This document shows, one piece after another, positions 20,452-31,016 of a stretch of DNA of 64,000 nucleotides. Origin of the DNA: an uncultured Candidatus Binatia bacterium. Its GTDB lineage: Bacteria; Desulfobacterota; Binatia; Bin18. Below the pieces are notes generated by a model. That model was not told the DNA's origin and searched no databases. It was given only the letters and a program-made list of their open reading frames with translations. A program made the position numbers and the translations under genes. The number at the start of each line of letters is the position of its first letter. Position 1 is the stretch's first letter. The stretch is taken from positions 3,584,001 through 3,648,000 of the forward strand of contig OZ243961.1 in assembly GCA_965214605.1 (NCBI GenBank). Reading direction: 5' to 3'.

Positions 20452-21291
20452 ATGCTACGCACGACATTATTGCTGGGCACTATGACCGGACTGATCCTGC
20501 TGTTTGGTCAGTACATGGGAGGCCAGGGGGGTCTTGTGATTGCCTTCATCTTTGCGGTGGTCATGAACTTCGGCAGTTATTGGTTTTCAGACAAGATTGT
20601 ACTGCGCATGTACGGGGCACAGGAGGTCAATGAGGCCCAGAATCCACAGCTGTACCGGATCGTTCACAATTTGACTATACAGGCCGGGCTGCCAATGCCT
20701 AAGCTGTACGTGATTCCGTCTGAGGGGGCGAACGCCTTCGCGACCGGCCGCAACCCAAGCCACGCCGCGGTGGCCGTGACCCAAGGGATCCTACGGCTGA
20801 TGGATGAGCGCGAGCTGACCGGGGTGTTGGCCCACGAGCTAGCTCACGTTAAAAACCGCGATATTCTGATCAGTTCGGTTGCTGCGACCCTGGCTGGGGT
20901 CATCATGATGCTGGCCAATATGGCCCAGTGGGCGGCTATTTTCGGTCTGGGTCGGAGTGATGACGACGAGGACGGCGGGGGCATAATTGGGATGCTGGTC
21001 ATGGCCTTTCTGGCTCCGCTGGCAGCCACGATCATTCAGATGGCGATTTCACGGACGCGTGAGTTTGCGGCTGATAGGACCGGAGCGGCGATGAGCGGTG
21101 ATCCGCTCGGTCTGGCTTCGGCTCTCTCAAAGCTCGGGCTCGCTTCAGAACGCGTTCCAATGGATGCCTCGCCGCAGACGGCGCATTTCTTCATTGTGAA
21201 CCCACTGAGCGGTCAGTCGTTCGTCCGTTTCTTCAGCACCCACCCGCCGCTGGAAGAGCGGATTGGGCGCCTGCGGGCGATGGTCAGGTAG
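20452..21291 (+). CDS. htpX: Zn metalloprotease HtpX
   Basis: [34 protein letters not shown]. Confidence 0.96.
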   Translation: MLRTTLLLGTMTGLILLFGQYMGGQGGLVIAFIFAVVMNFGSYWFSDKIVLRMYGAQEVNEAQNPQLYRIVHNLTIQAGLPMPKLYVIPSEGANAFATGRNPSHAAVAVTQGILRLMDERELTGVLAHELAHVKNRDILISSVAATLAGVIMMLANMAQWAAIFGLGRSDDDEDGGGIIGMLVMAFLAPLAATIIQMAISRTREFAADRTGAAMSGDPLGLASALSKLGLASERVPMDASPQTAHFFIVNPLSGQSFVRFFSTHPPLEERIGRLRAMVR

Positions 21292-21332
21292 GGGTTTCGC
21301 CATAGAGACACACAATGAGCGGACCAATTGGT

Positions 21333-21368
21333 GAGGAGAGGGCAGCCCGGCCGGGCTGCCCTCTCCTC
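21333..21368. terminator. Perfect 36-bp palindrome between convergent genes (probable bidirectional terminator)
   Basis: GAGGAGAGGGCAGCCCGG|CCGGGCTGCCCTCTCCTC. Confidence 0.7.
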
Positions 21369-21369
21369 C

Positions 21370-22308
21370 TTATTTAATCGCCAGGGGGTTGAGCGGGCTG
21401 CCGACCGCATTGGGAATGTGCAGCGGTGGAGCGACCCACAGGAACTCATACACGCCGTCGGCCGCGCAGTCCTTGGCCAGTTCCTCAAAGGTAAAAATCT
21501 CTCCGAGTGTCAGGCCGAGGTCCCGAATGGCGACCTGATGGAAGGGAATGAACTCGCCGTCTACCTCTGAAGGCAGGCGCTCGACCGCAATATTGTCGAC
21601 CGCAATACACGAAATCTCTTTGTGGTGGATCCACTCCGCCGTGGCCACCGACATCCCCGGCTGGGCGTGAAAATAGGCGTCTTTGTCCTCCGCAGTCTCA
21701 AGGGTATACCAGTACGGAACCCAGCCAGTCCGGACGCACAAGGCGTCACCGCTTTTGACCTCAACCCCTTGGGTCTGACAGCAGCCGTCCAGGTCTTCGA
21801 GGGTAATTGGATAGTCCTTGGGCAGGTGGCCGTCCTGTTCACAGCCTTTGTAGCGAACCATGTCCAGCAGCACGCCGCGGGTGACAAACGACTGGTACAG
21901 CTTACCGATATCATTTCTGGCCGCCCCGCCGTGGGCGGTGACGGTGCTTTTGTCGGCGTCGTTATAGAATTTGCCGTCATAGCCGACGTGGGCCAGACTA
22001 TCCCACTGAGTTGAGCCCTGAAGATACATGGTGATGTAGTCGTCGTTGGCAATCGCCGAGCCGGCCAGCCCGACTTCGTTAAGAGGAACGTTCAGGATCG
22101 ACATAAAGCGCTGTGGCGGGGTGCGGGTCGGAAAGACTGGCCCATTTTGATCGATGGGAATACAGCAGCAAAAGACCGTCCCTTTTTTGACCAGACGGGC
22201 GGCGGCGACAATGACTTCTGGGGTGATGAAATTGGCAGTGCCTCTTTCGTCGTCTTTGCCCCAGCGTCCCCAGTTGCTCACCTTTGGAATGGCTTCACGT
22301 CCTGGCAT
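21370..22308 (-). CDS. Cyclase-family metal-dependent hydrolase (kynurenine formamidase-like)
   Basis: NWGRWGKDDERGTAN, STQWDSLAH, RGVLLD, DNIAVE, GSPLNPLAIK. Confidence 0.9.
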   Translation of the reverse strand: MPGREAIPKVSNWGRWGKDDERGTANFITPEVIVAAARLVKKGTVFCCCIPIDQNGPVFPTRTPPQRFMSILNVPLNEVGLAGSAIANDDYITMYLQGSTQWDSLAHVGYDGKFYNDADKSTVTAHGGAARNDIGKLYQSFVTRGVLLDMVRYKGCEQDGHLPKDYPITLEDLDGCCQTQGVEVKSGDALCVRTGWVPYWYTLETAEDKDAYFHAQPGMSVATAEWIHHKEISCIAVDNIAVERLPSEVDGEFIPFHQVAIRDLGLTLGEIFTFEELAKDCAADGVYEFLWVAPPLHIPNAVGSPLNPLAIK

Positions 22309-22392
22309 GGCATCCTCCTTAGTGCGAACCGAAAATATGGCCGTTGTTATAGCCAGCTTGGGGCGGAAGCGCAAAGCGCGGGGAGATAATCT

Positions 22393-23097
22393 CTATAAAC
22401 GGTCAAGCAGGGTCGAGAGCTGGGTGAGCTGGGTAACAGACAGGCAGGATTGCGATCCGGACGACTGGCGGTCAATCAGGACTGGCTGGAGGCCCGCCGT
22501 CTCGGCTCCCAGGACATCCATCTCATAGCTGTCCCCGACGTGCATGGCGTGTGCAGGGGGCAGCCTGTGGTGGGCCAGGGCTCGGCTGAAGATTGCGGTG
22601 TCTGGTTTGGCCGCTCCGGCCTGGGTCGAAATGATAATCGGCTCAAAAAACTGGGCAATTCCCAGCCCGTCGAGCAGTCCAAACAGACGAGAGTCAAAAT
22701 TTGAGATCACTCCCAGCCGTAAACCTCGGGCGTGGAGGGCCGTCAGCGCCGGGTGGGTGTCTGGGTAGAGCCGCCAGGCCTGGGGCTGGGCAAAAAAACC
22801 GTACAACTCCTCAAAATAGTCGTCAAAAGCGGGGAACGATCCGAGTGAGGAAAAGACCCGGTGAACCACATCCCGCCACCACTTTTTTTCCAGCACCGGA
22901 ATATCGTTGGCGGTGGCTTCAGGAAAAGCCATGGCCGGGGCAACGGTAAAAGCGCGACGAAAGCCGGCTTCGACAGCGGCCCCGTCTACCGCTTTGCCGT
23001 GCTGTTGGGCCAGGCGCGCGTAGATGCCGCCGACAGAGCCGTTGACGGCAATCAGGGTGCTGGCGGCGTCAAAGAAGACCGCTTTGATCCGAGCCAT
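22393..23097 (-). CDS. HAD-IA family hydrolase (REG-2-like)
   Basis: FFDAASTL, ISNFD, KPD..IF, HVGDS..DV.GA. Confidence 0.9.
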   Translation of the reverse strand: MARIKAVFFDAASTLIAVNGSVGGIYARLAQQHGKAVDGAAVEAGFRRAFTVAPAMAFPEATANDIPVLEKKWWRDVVHRVFSSLGSFPAFDDYFEELYGFFAQPQAWRLYPDTHPALTALHARGLRLGVISNFDSRLFGLLDGLGIAQFFEPIIISTQAGAAKPDTAIFSRALAHHRLPPAHAMHVGDSYEMDVLGAETAGLQPVLIDRQSSGSQSCLSVTQLTQLSTLLDRL

Positions 23098-23099
23098 GG

Positions 23100-24317
23100 C
23101 TACAGCCGCTTCAGGTGTTCGTCTAGGGCGGCTAGCAGAGCCTCAAGATCGGCCCGCTCGGTATAGTAGTGAATCGAGATACGCAGACCGCCGACCCCCG
23201 AACAGTAGCGGACGGTCGGATAGATTCGCTGATCTTGGAGGGCCCGGTCGAGCTGATGGACGCGTTCGGCCTGAGGAAAAGGTTCACAGGTCACAATGCC
23301 GGACCGCAGCCGCGCCTCCCGTGGCGTCCAGACCGGAATACCCCGCTGGGTCAACTCCTCAATCAAAAAATCGCTCAGCCCGAAGATGTGCTCAGTAAGC
23401 TCGTCTCGGTCGAGTCGATTCACATAGGCCAGCGATGCGGCTAGCCCGGCCGTACCTAGCATCTTGGGCATACCGTGAATTTCAAACCGGCGGGCGTCCG
23501 ACGCCAAGGGCAGAGACACAAACGGTGTCAGGCTCGGGTCTCCGAGATATTTGATCCAGCCGCCGGGCGGTTCATCATAGGCAAACAAACCGTGCGCCAG
23601 GCCGGGCTGAAGCTGGTCGTGGATCCGCTCCGAGATGTACAGGAGGCCGGTGCCAAACGGTGCGTTCAGCCACTTCTGACCGCCGGCTGCCAAGAAATCG
23701 ATCCGCAGCCCGGACAGGTCAAGGGGAAGAGCTCCAAGCTGCTGAATGGCATCAACAACCAGGAAACAGCCGCGCTCTTCGGCCAGCTGAGAAAAGGCGG
23801 CCAAATCCATCCGCAGGCCATTAATCCACTGAACCGAGCTGACCAGAATGAGCCGGGTACGCGTGTCGACTAGGGCCGCATAGTCATCGATACTGACAAG
23901 GCCCTTGGTATGGCGGGCAACGCGGACCTCGACCTGGCTGCGCCGCTGCGGGTGGGCCGCGCTAATCGCGACCTGTGGATACTCCAGGTCGCACAGCACG
24001 ATGTTCTCGCCCGGCTTGAAGGGCAGGGCGGCCAGGGCGATATTCAGCCCCATGGTCGTGTCATCGATCAACGCGATTTCTTGAGGACTCGCGCAGAGCA
24101 GCCGGGCGGCCTCGTTTTTCGCGTTGACGGCCGACTCGCCAAGAGCCCGGTAGTACTTACCATAGCCCAGCTGGGCCGGTCCCTGGCCCAGTAGCCCACT
24201 GACGTGTTGGACGGCGTCTAGGGCTGAGTGGGGAGGAAGACCGACGCCCGCAGTATTCAGGTAGACCTGCTGCGAGGTCCCCGGAAAATCCGCCTTAATC
24301 GCGTTAACATCAAGCAT
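23100..24317 (-). CDS. Class V PLP-dependent aminotransferase (cysteine desulfurase/selenocysteine lyase-like)
   Basis: YLNTAG, VDAIQ..G, GGQKWL (PLP Lys), LRISIHYY. Confidence 0.88.
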   Translation of the reverse strand: MLDVNAIKADFPGTSQQVYLNTAGVGLPPHSALDAVQHVSGLLGQGPAQLGYGKYYRALGESAVNAKNEAARLLCASPQEIALIDDTTMGLNIALAALPFKPGENIVLCDLEYPQVAISAAHPQRRSQVEVRVARHTKGLVSIDDYAALVDTRTRLILVSSVQWINGLRMDLAAFSQLAEERGCFLVVDAIQQLGALPLDLSGLRIDFLAAGGQKWLNAPFGTGLLYISERIHDQLQPGLAHGLFAYDEPPGGWIKYLGDPSLTPFVSLPLASDARRFEIHGMPKMLGTAGLAASLAYVNRLDRDELTEHIFGLSDFLIEELTQRGIPVWTPREARLRSGIVTCEPFPQAERVHQLDRALQDQRIYPTVRYCSGVGGLRISIHYYTERADLEALLAALDEHLKRL

Positions 24318-24369
24318 GACGCTCCTTTGGACGGACGCCGCCTGGGCGGCAGAGGCCGTCCTACCGTGG

Positions 24370-24939
24370 CTAATGATACTGCACACGCTCTTCCGAAGAA
24401 GATCGGATTTCCTCCAGCAAGCGGTCGATGGCCAGGCGGATCAGCCGTTGGTTGTGTTTGAGACGCTCTTGGGTGTTCTGCAGTTGCTGGCCGTCTCTAC
24501 GTTTGCGCGCCCGAAAGTAATCAAGCTGAATTTCAAGACGCTCGGCTAGCAAACGGTCGACCGCGGCCAGAGAGGGCAGGTGGGTGACGCCTTTCCCCAT
24601 CTCATCGGCAATGGTGAGCAAACGGCTCAGCAGGCCGGTATGATAATTGGCAATATCGGCCAACAGCTCGGCGTCGCGGCGTATAGGGCGCAAAAAAAAC
24701 GCCTCGCCGAACAGCCGGACGGCCGCGGCAAAGTCACCCTGTTCAATCAAGACGTCGCCCTGGCTGCAGCGAAGACTCGAGCGTCGAAAGGCGGCCCGCT
24801 CAAGAAAGCCCCCAAAGACAGTCTGAAAGGCGGCGAGTAGCACGAGAACGAGCGGCACGAGCACGCCGAGGCTCAGCACGAGTACACCAAGGCTCAGCAG
24901 CAGGGACAGCGGTGATGCCGTGGTTTCAACAGGCGGCAT
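24370..24939 (-). CDS. Hypothetical membrane-anchored helical protein
   Basis: Long N-terminal hydrophobic stretch, then a TPR-like helix (GDFAAAVRLFGEA). Confidence 0.65.
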   Translation of the reverse strand: MPPVETTASPLSLLLSLGVLVLSLGVLVPLVLVLLAAFQTVFGGFLERAAFRRSSLRCSQGDVLIEQGDFAAAVRLFGEAFFLRPIRRDAELLADIANYHTGLLSRLLTIADEMGKGVTHLPSLAAVDRLLAERLEIQLDYFRARKRRDGQQLQNTQERLKHNQRLIRLAIDRLLEEIRSSSEERVQYH

Positions 24940-25045
24940 AAGCACAGACCTCAACCTAGACACAATCACAGCTGGGCCGGCCGGACAAGCCCCTGCCTTG
25001 GACTCCCTCGACTCTTGTGTATGATGGGCAGAGAGGACGATCATT

Positions 25046-25990
25046 ATGCAACACGCCAGGACACTACTGATGGGTATGTTCACCCTTGTCACACTGGCCG
25101 GGCTGGGCGGATCGCCCGCTGCCGCCCAGCCTGCCCCTCCTTTTCCTTCTCTCAACACCGGCGTCCAAGAACATCTGCAGCGTGGCAATTACGCCCTGAG
25201 TCGGGGTCACTGGGAAGCCGCCGTCGAAGCCTATATCAAGGTCCTCCAGATAGACCCCAAGCTGGCCGAAGCGCAGACCAACATGGGTATGGCGTACTAT
25301 TTCCACCGCAACATCCCGGCGGCTGTCCGCGCCCTGCAACGGGCGCTTGACCTGCAGCCGGACCGGATTGATGCCGCCCATGGTCTCGGCTTAGCCCTGT
25401 ACGACAGGGGTGATATCGATGGGGCGATTGAGGCCTTTCGCCGGGCAACTCGGCTAAACACCCAGGCGTATTACAATCTTGGGAACGCCTTGGAGCAACG
25501 TGGTGATATAGAGGGTGCGCGCAAAGCCTATCGCCACTATTTGGAAACAACTCCGGCCAACGCTGAAACTGCCGCTCTTCTCCAGGCTCTCGAATCCGGC
25601 ACAACGCCAACGCCAGCCGCTGGCTCGGCTCAGGACCACTTTCGTCGTGGTGCGAGCCTGCTGGCCAAGAGAGATGCTCCGGCTGCGGTCTCGGCGTTGC
25701 TGATTGCCATGCGTTTAAAGCCCAATTATGTCGAAGCCTGTAATATGCTCGGCCAAGCCTTCCGTATGCAGGGTAAGCTCAGCGAAGCCATGAACGGGTA
25801 CATGATGGCCTTGCGCCTTGACCCTAACTTTGGCGTGATCCACCGCAATCTGGGACAGGCGTTTGAGGAGACCGGCAACCTCCAGGCGGCCGCCCAGGCA
25901 TATGACCGGTATTTGGTTCTAGTCCCGGGAGCCGGCGACGCGGCCGAGATTCGGGATAAAATTGCGCTGCTCCGCCGTGAGGTCCGTTGA
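25046..25990 (+). CDS. Exported tetratricopeptide-repeat protein
   Basis: Signal peptide (AAA-Q), multiple TPRs (AYYNLGNAL, NLGQAF). Confidence 0.9.
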   Translation: MQHARTLLMGMFTLVTLAGLGGSPAAAQPAPPFPSLNTGVQEHLQRGNYALSRGHWEAAVEAYIKVLQIDPKLAEAQTNMGMAYYFHRNIPAAVRALQRALDLQPDRIDAAHGLGLALYDRGDIDGAIEAFRRATRLNTQAYYNLGNALEQRGDIEGARKAYRHYLETTPANAETAALLQALESGTTPTPAAGSAQDHFRRGASLLAKRDAPAAVSALLIAMRLKPNYVEACNMLGQAFRMQGKLSEAMNGYMMALRLDPNFGVIHRNLGQAFEETGNLQAAAQAYDRYLVLVPGAGDAAEIRDKIALLRREVR

Positions 25991-26066
25991 GAGCGGACCG
26001 TGTCTCGCTCGCCTCTTGTTCCCGATCAGGCAAGGGGATAAGTATGACCAGGGGAGAGCTACGGTC

Positions 26067-27194
26067 ATGCGGGCGATTTTACAAAAGGTGGGTGTGTTGA
26101 ACACCGCGTTCCCAGCCGTCGCTCCACACTGGCCGCGCGCTGGCTGTCCCGCCTCGCTTTTGCTCCTCAGCCTACTGACGCTGGTGGTCTCTGGAGTCTT
26201 GGCTCAGGATGACGTCCCCGAAGGCGGGCAAGAAACTGTGCCGCCACTCGCCCCTTTGGACAAGCAAGCGCCCGAAAGTTCTCACCCGCCCCAGGCGGCT
26301 GAGCCTCCCCAGCCCCAAGCACAGCCTGTCGTTGGCTGGCCCCGAGGCTTGGTGACAGTGACGGTGACGGATTTTGAGGGAGAATATATTTCAGACCTCG
26401 AACCCCGAGACTTTAGCCTGTATGTTGATGGCGCGCCGCAGAAAATTGTCTACTTTAATACTGGCCGCCGGGAGCCAGTGAGTCTGGGGCTCGTTGTCGA
26501 TGGCAGTGGCAGTATGCGCACCAAGAGAGGCCCTGCCCGCCACGCCCTCCGGGGTTTTATTGCTCAGATCAAACGTGGCGATGAGGTCTTTCTCGAACAG
26601 TTCAGCCACCAGCTGAGCCTCCTCCAGGACTTCACCGACAGCCGGATGCTGCTCGTCCAGGCGGTCAGCCAGCTGCGGCCGATTGGCGGAACCGCACTAC
26701 ACGACGCCATTGTGGACGGCCTGCACCGGGTCCAACGCGGCCGCCATCAGAAAAAAGCTCTGATTGTGATTACCGATGGCTACGATACCGCCAGCCTCAC
26801 CCCGCTTGACGAAATGCTCGGCGCAGCCCGGCGCTCCGGGGTCCTGATCTATACCATCGGCATTGGCAATCCCCATAGCTATCTCGCCAACAGAAGGCGA
26901 ATTATGATCGGTCGGTATGCCATGCTGCCGAATCAAGGCCTTGAACGGGTCGATGTCAAAACCCTCCAACAGATTAGCACCCAGACCGGCGGGAAGCATT
27001 TTCTACTGAATACGGCCGAGGTGCATGGCATCCGAGCGACGCTAGCCCAGGCCACCCAGACGATTTCCCAGGAGCTACGCGCTCAGTACAGTATTGGCTA
27101 TGCGCTAGAGCAAGATGGAGAGCAGCACCGCGTGCAGGTTGAAACCTTCCGTGACGATGTGGTCGTCCGCACCCAACAGGTGCAGATTGAGTAG
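26067..27194 (+). CDS. VWA-domain protein, exported
   Basis: MIDAS DGSGS, GGTALHDAI, ITDG.D; QYSIGY. Confidence 0.9.
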   Translation: MRAILQKVGVLNTAFPAVAPHWPRAGCPASLLLLSLLTLVVSGVLAQDDVPEGGQETVPPLAPLDKQAPESSHPPQAAEPPQPQAQPVVGWPRGLVTVTVTDFEGEYISDLEPRDFSLYVDGAPQKIVYFNTGRREPVSLGLVVDGSGSMRTKRGPARHALRGFIAQIKRGDEVFLEQFSHQLSLLQDFTDSRMLLVQAVSQLRPIGGTALHDAIVDGLHRVQRGRHQKKALIVITDGYDTASLTPLDEMLGAARRSGVLIYTIGIGNPHSYLANRRRIMIGRYAMLPNQGLERVDVKTLQQISTQTGGKHFLLNTAEVHGIRATLAQATQTISQELRAQYSIGYALEQDGEQHRVQVETFRDDVVVRTQQVQIE

Positions 27195-27202
27195 CGGCTC
27201 GG

Positions 27203-27586
27203 CTACTTTTTCTTAAAAAAGTGCTCTCTGACCTTCTCGCGGTCGAGTGGGCGAGTTTCTAAGGTATCAAAAATGCTGGCCAAGGCTTGGATGCAGCGCA
27301 CAAAGTCGGGCCACACCGTGCGGGGACCGGAAAAGCTCAGATGGGCAGACTCGATCCGTTCATGGGTATGCTTGACGCCGCCGCTCGTAGTGCTCTCTAC
27401 CTCAAAAGGCTGGATCGGGGCGTTGATATTCAGGTGAAAGACGTCGCTGTCCTCCTCTCCGACCGGGCGACGGAGTTCCATGTGGAGCTTGCCCTCACCA
27501 CCGTCGACCTCAACGATATACCACTCTCCAGGGTAGGCACTCGACACCTTGATGTGGGGAATTTTTTCTGAAGAATCGTCTGCCAT
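27203..27586 (-). CDS. Hypothetical protein
   Basis: ORF with SD (AAGGAAG) before ATG; no recognised motif. Confidence 0.6.
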   Translation of the reverse strand: MADDSSEKIPHIKVSSAYPGEWYIVEVDGGEGKLHMELRRPVGEEDSDVFHLNINAPIQPFEVESTTSGGVKHTHERIESAHLSFSGPRTVWPDFVRCIQALASIFDTLETRPLDREKVREHFFKKK

Positions 27587-27794
27587 AACATGCTTCCTTA
27601 CTGTTTTGACTGAGAGACCGGACGGGTGACCGTCATACATATCGACCTCAGGCTGAAAAGAAAAGGCCCTCGCTTGCGGACCGTATGGCATCTGTTTCCG
27701 CTTTTATTTTTGAAGAAGTATGCCTATAGTATGGGTCTCGACTGCTGTTGAGGCCTGTTTGTGTCCGTTCTCGTGCCTTGTGAGGGTCTTGCCT

Positions 27795-29042
27795 ATGACG
27801 ATGCTCTTTGTCCACCCGACTGACCGAACGGCCGATGTGTCTTCCCTCAGCCAAGCCCTACAGCGGACCCAGCCCGGTGACGTTGTCGTGCTCGGTGCGG
27901 GTCGCTATGGACCGAGCACGACTGGAGAGCGGCTGCCGCTGCGGATTCCGGCCGGGGTGGCGGTCGAGGGCGGTCGAGCCGAGGACTGTGTGCTTGACGG
28001 TGAGGGCCGGTTTGAGCCGTCTTTTCATCCGATTCGGGCCGAGCTGTCGGTCGTGCTGATTGAGGATGGGGCTAGCTTGGCCGGGGTGAGTGTGACCAAT
28101 GGCGGGGGGCACGGTATTGGCGTACCACTTGGGGCGAGTGTCCTAATTCGCAATTGTCACCTCAGCCGGCACGGCGATCACGGGATCTTTGTGTGCGGCG
28201 CAGCCCAGGCGATTGTCACTAATTGTCTCTTTGAACACAATGGCCTGAAGCGTTTCGCACCCGAGCTGCCACGCGGAGCGGGTGCTCGGCAGGGCCATCA
28301 TATTTTTGCCGAGGCACGTCACGGCCAGCCGAATCAGCTGCTGGTGAGCGACAATATTATGCGCGCTTGCTTTGCCGACGGAGTCGCCTTTGTGTGTTTC
28401 TTCCGGGAACCAGACGGGGTGAGCTTTGGGGCTCGCATCTTGCGCAATACCATAGAGGCCAGCGAGCGCGGGGGGCTGTTGTTCTCGTGCTCTTTTGGGC
28501 CGTGTCAAAATCGCTACCAGATCCTGGCCGTGGATAACATCCTCAAAGACAACAAACAGTTTGGTCTCAATATCATGACTGCAGTTCCGCTGGCCGACAG
28601 AGTTCCCCAGCACAATCACCTCCGTGCCCTGATCGCTGGCAACACCATCTCCGACAGCCCCCTCGGTATTGCCGTCCACGGTGCGCTCAGTGAAGCTCAC
28701 TACAATAGGTGTGAGGTGACGCTTGATCAGAATCGCATTGCGAACTGTGCCACCAATGCCCTCCGTCTGCTCGGGGCCAGCGGCGCGCCTGGGGTCGCGA
28801 CCCAAGGCAACACGCTCGAAGCGACGGTCTCCCGCAATACGCTGTCCGGCAGTGTCGTGATTCAGGGGGCCGGCGGCCCGTCCGCAGCCACCTTGCAGGA
28901 CAACAGCGTCAGTGTTCGGCTGAGCGGCAATAGCGGGACGGCTGAGGAATCGGCGCGGGTGAGTGATGGACCGACCGGTAACACGGCCACTGTACGGGCC
29001 GCCCCTCAAGCCTATCAGCGCACCCAGGACAATCTTGTCTAG
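27795..29042 (+). CDS. Right-handed parallel beta-helix protein (DUF1565-like)
   Basis: SLSQAL..QPGDVVVLGAGRY..GE.LPL; repeated N-ladder motifs (GNTI, NNI, DNI). Confidence 0.8.
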   Translation: MTMLFVHPTDRTADVSSLSQALQRTQPGDVVVLGAGRYGPSTTGERLPLRIPAGVAVEGGRAEDCVLDGEGRFEPSFHPIRAELSVVLIEDGASLAGVSVTNGGGHGIGVPLGASVLIRNCHLSRHGDHGIFVCGAAQAIVTNCLFEHNGLKRFAPELPRGAGARQGHHIFAEARHGQPNQLLVSDNIMRACFADGVAFVCFFREPDGVSFGARILRNTIEASERGGLLFSCSFGPCQNRYQILAVDNILKDNKQFGLNIMTAVPLADRVPQHNHLRALIAGNTISDSPLGIAVHGALSEAHYNRCEVTLDQNRIANCATNALRLLGASGAPGVATQGNTLEATVSRNTLSGSVVIQGAGGPSAATLQDNSVSVRLSGNSGTAEESARVSDGPTGNTATVRAAPQAYQRTQDNLV

Positions 29043-29893
29043 AGCGAGCCGGTGGGGATTTTGCCGGTGGCTTTGAGAACCTCGTGGACGACCGCCGGGT
29101 CAAAATCAAACGGAATCGCCGGCGGGCGGGGAAACTCAAGAGCGGGGAGTGAAAAGGGCAGGCGTCGAACGCGCGTGTTATACACCTCGGCCAACAGGGC
29201 CGGCAGGTGAATGACATCTTCCAGGTTGTAGCGCAGCAACGTGTCCAGGGCACCGGCCTGACCCTGTCTATGGTAGTGCCACAGCAGCACCGCACACCAG
29301 CCGTCCAACAGAGCCAGCGGCCCCTCGCGTTCTAGCCCTAGCCGTTGCTCGATTTTCTTCAGCCCGCCCGTGTAGCCCAGGGCGGCCAGCGGACGGCGTA
29401 AATCAATATGGGCCTGGCGTAGTGGCAGACCTAGCTCGCGCCGGATAAACGGCAGGTCAAAGGCTTCGCCGTTATAGGTAACGAGCAGCGTAAACTCCTC
29501 AATATCCGCTCCAAAACACGCGAGATCACGCCCCCGCACATAGACCCGCGGTTGGTGTCCGTCGTAGAGGCCGATGACGGTAATCGCACAGTCGTGAGGA
29601 GACGGCCCGGTTGTCTCAATATCGAGATAGGCTACCCGCTGGCAGAACTCTGGATACAGGCGCCAGTGTAGAGAGGGGGCTAGCTTGTGGCTAAAATACT
29701 GCGCGTTGCGGCGTTTCAAGTGGTAGAGTGACTGTTCGAGCTGACGACACACCATCTCACATTGCCACGGGCTCAACGGTGCCCGGTGGGGTGTTTCCAG
29801 AAAGGTCTGCCAGCTGGTCAGACCAGCCCTCCAGATTTTTTTCTCGGTCTTTTCTCCGATGCCGCGAATGTGTTGGAAGGTGGATGTCAGCAT
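29039..29893 (-). CDS. RNase H-like exonuclease (YprB/RNase_H_2 family)
   Basis: HhH-like GIGEKT, YLDIETTG, TYNG.AFDLP, GGLKKIE, YNLEDV. Confidence 0.9.
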   Translation of the reverse strand: MLTSTFQHIRGIGEKTEKKIWRAGLTSWQTFLETPHRAPLSPWQCEMVCRQLEQSLYHLKRRNAQYFSHKLAPSLHWRLYPEFCQRVAYLDIETTGPSPHDCAITVIGLYDGHQPRVYVRGRDLACFGADIEEFTLLVTYNGEAFDLPFIRRELGLPLRQAHIDLRRPLAALGYTGGLKKIEQRLGLEREGPLALLDGWCAVLLWHYHRQGQAGALDTLLRYNLEDVIHLPALLAEVYNTRVRRLPFSLPALEFPRPPAIPFDFDPAVVHEVLKATGKIPTGSL

Positions 29894-30083
29894 CAGTGGG
29901 AAGGGGGAGTGATGATAGCACGTGGCTGTTGTGCGGGGCCTTCGACACGGTACTGAGAGTAGTTTAGCGCCTTTGGGGCCGAGGGACAAGAATTCTCCGG
30001 GGGGCGGCGGCCCATTTCTTCTGGGGCTGGATTAGGGTATAAAAAAAAGATATATTGGCTGTGGTGTGGGGAGGAGGCTGAGG

Positions 30084-31016
30084 ATGAAAATATGCATTGG
30101 GGCGGTGTGTCTCGCATTTGTCTGTATGGCCTGTGGGCCGAAAAAGTCGGCTATCCCTTCCTCCCATTTTTTGGCCTGGAGCAACCAAGACCTGAGTCCC
30201 AGGCGGGTGTGCGTCTTGCCCTTTACCAACGAGACCGAAGAGGTCGGTGTCGGTGGCCAAGTGCGCAGGAGTTTTGCCGGACACCTGAGCCTCAAACGTT
30301 TTACCGATGTCGAGCTGTATGAGATCGACGCAAAACTCCCGTCAGACTGGAAGCAACTGCCGGCTCAGACGCTGGGCAAAACCCTTGACTGTCACGCCTT
30401 GGTGTACGGGATCGTAACCCAGGCGAAGCGTCTTTATTTGGGATTGTACGCCGACATCGCCCTTGACGGCGGCATTCTGTTGATCGATGCAAAAACCGGC
30501 CAGTCGTTGATTGAGGAGGTCTACGCTACCCGTTTTCGGTACGGGGGCGTACCCCTGTCTGTTTTTGGCATTGTATCGAATGCGGTGATGATGTTGCGCA
30601 ATATTAGCGAAACACGAATGCAGCTCGCCATTGATGACCTGGGGCGAAATCTGGCTGCCCTGGTACCTGATTTGCCCTATCTTCCGCCCACCCCGAGTTT
30701 GGCCCCGCCGCAGACCGCTGGCGTGCCGTCCGCTCCGCCGTCACCGCCCGTTGCGCGCCAAGCCCCGCCCGATACCACCTCATATCATCTCCAGATCGCA
30801 GCTTTTCTCTCGCCCAAGCAGGCGGCCTCCGCCGTCCAAATGTTGCAGGAGAAGGGCTATCAGGCCGAAATTGTGGTCTCGCCCAAGCAGGAGACGCGCT
30901 GGCATCAGGTAGGGCTCGGTCCGTTTCCCTCAGCCACCCGCGCCAGGCAGGTCGGCGCGGCGATCCGCCAGGACTTGCCGTTTTCACCCATTGTGAGAGC
31001 TTCTGTCGTTCCCTAG
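30084..31016 (+). CDS. Lipoprotein with a DUF799-like domain and a C-terminal SPOR domain
   Basis: Lipobox CMAC, VCVLPF.N, Pro-rich linker, YHLQIAAF...W..V.LGPF. Confidence 0.8.
   Translation: MKICIGAVCLAFVCMACGPKKSAIPSSHFLAWSNQDLSPRRVCVLPFTNETEEVGVGGQVRRSFAGHLSLKRFTDVELYEIDAKLPSDWKQLPAQTLGKTLDCHALVYGIVTQAKRLYLGLYADIALDGGILLIDAKTGQSLIEEVYATRFRYGGVPLSVFGIVSNAVMMLRNISETRMQLAIDDLGRNLAALVPDLPYLPPTPSLAPPQTAGVPSAPPSPPVARQAPPDTTSYHLQIAAFLSPKQAASAVQMLQEKGYQAEIVVSPKQETRWHQVGLGPFPSATRARQVGAAIRQDLPFSPIVRASVVP

Noticed and set aside
21333-21368. Perfect palindrome as a MITE or REP element
   Set aside because: Only one copy noticed, located between convergent stop codons; a terminator explains it
29039-29893. 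Exonuclease as a Cas4 or defence component
   Set aside because: DEDD/RNase H-like YprB motifs, no Cas4 Fe-S cysteines, and far from the CRISPR locus
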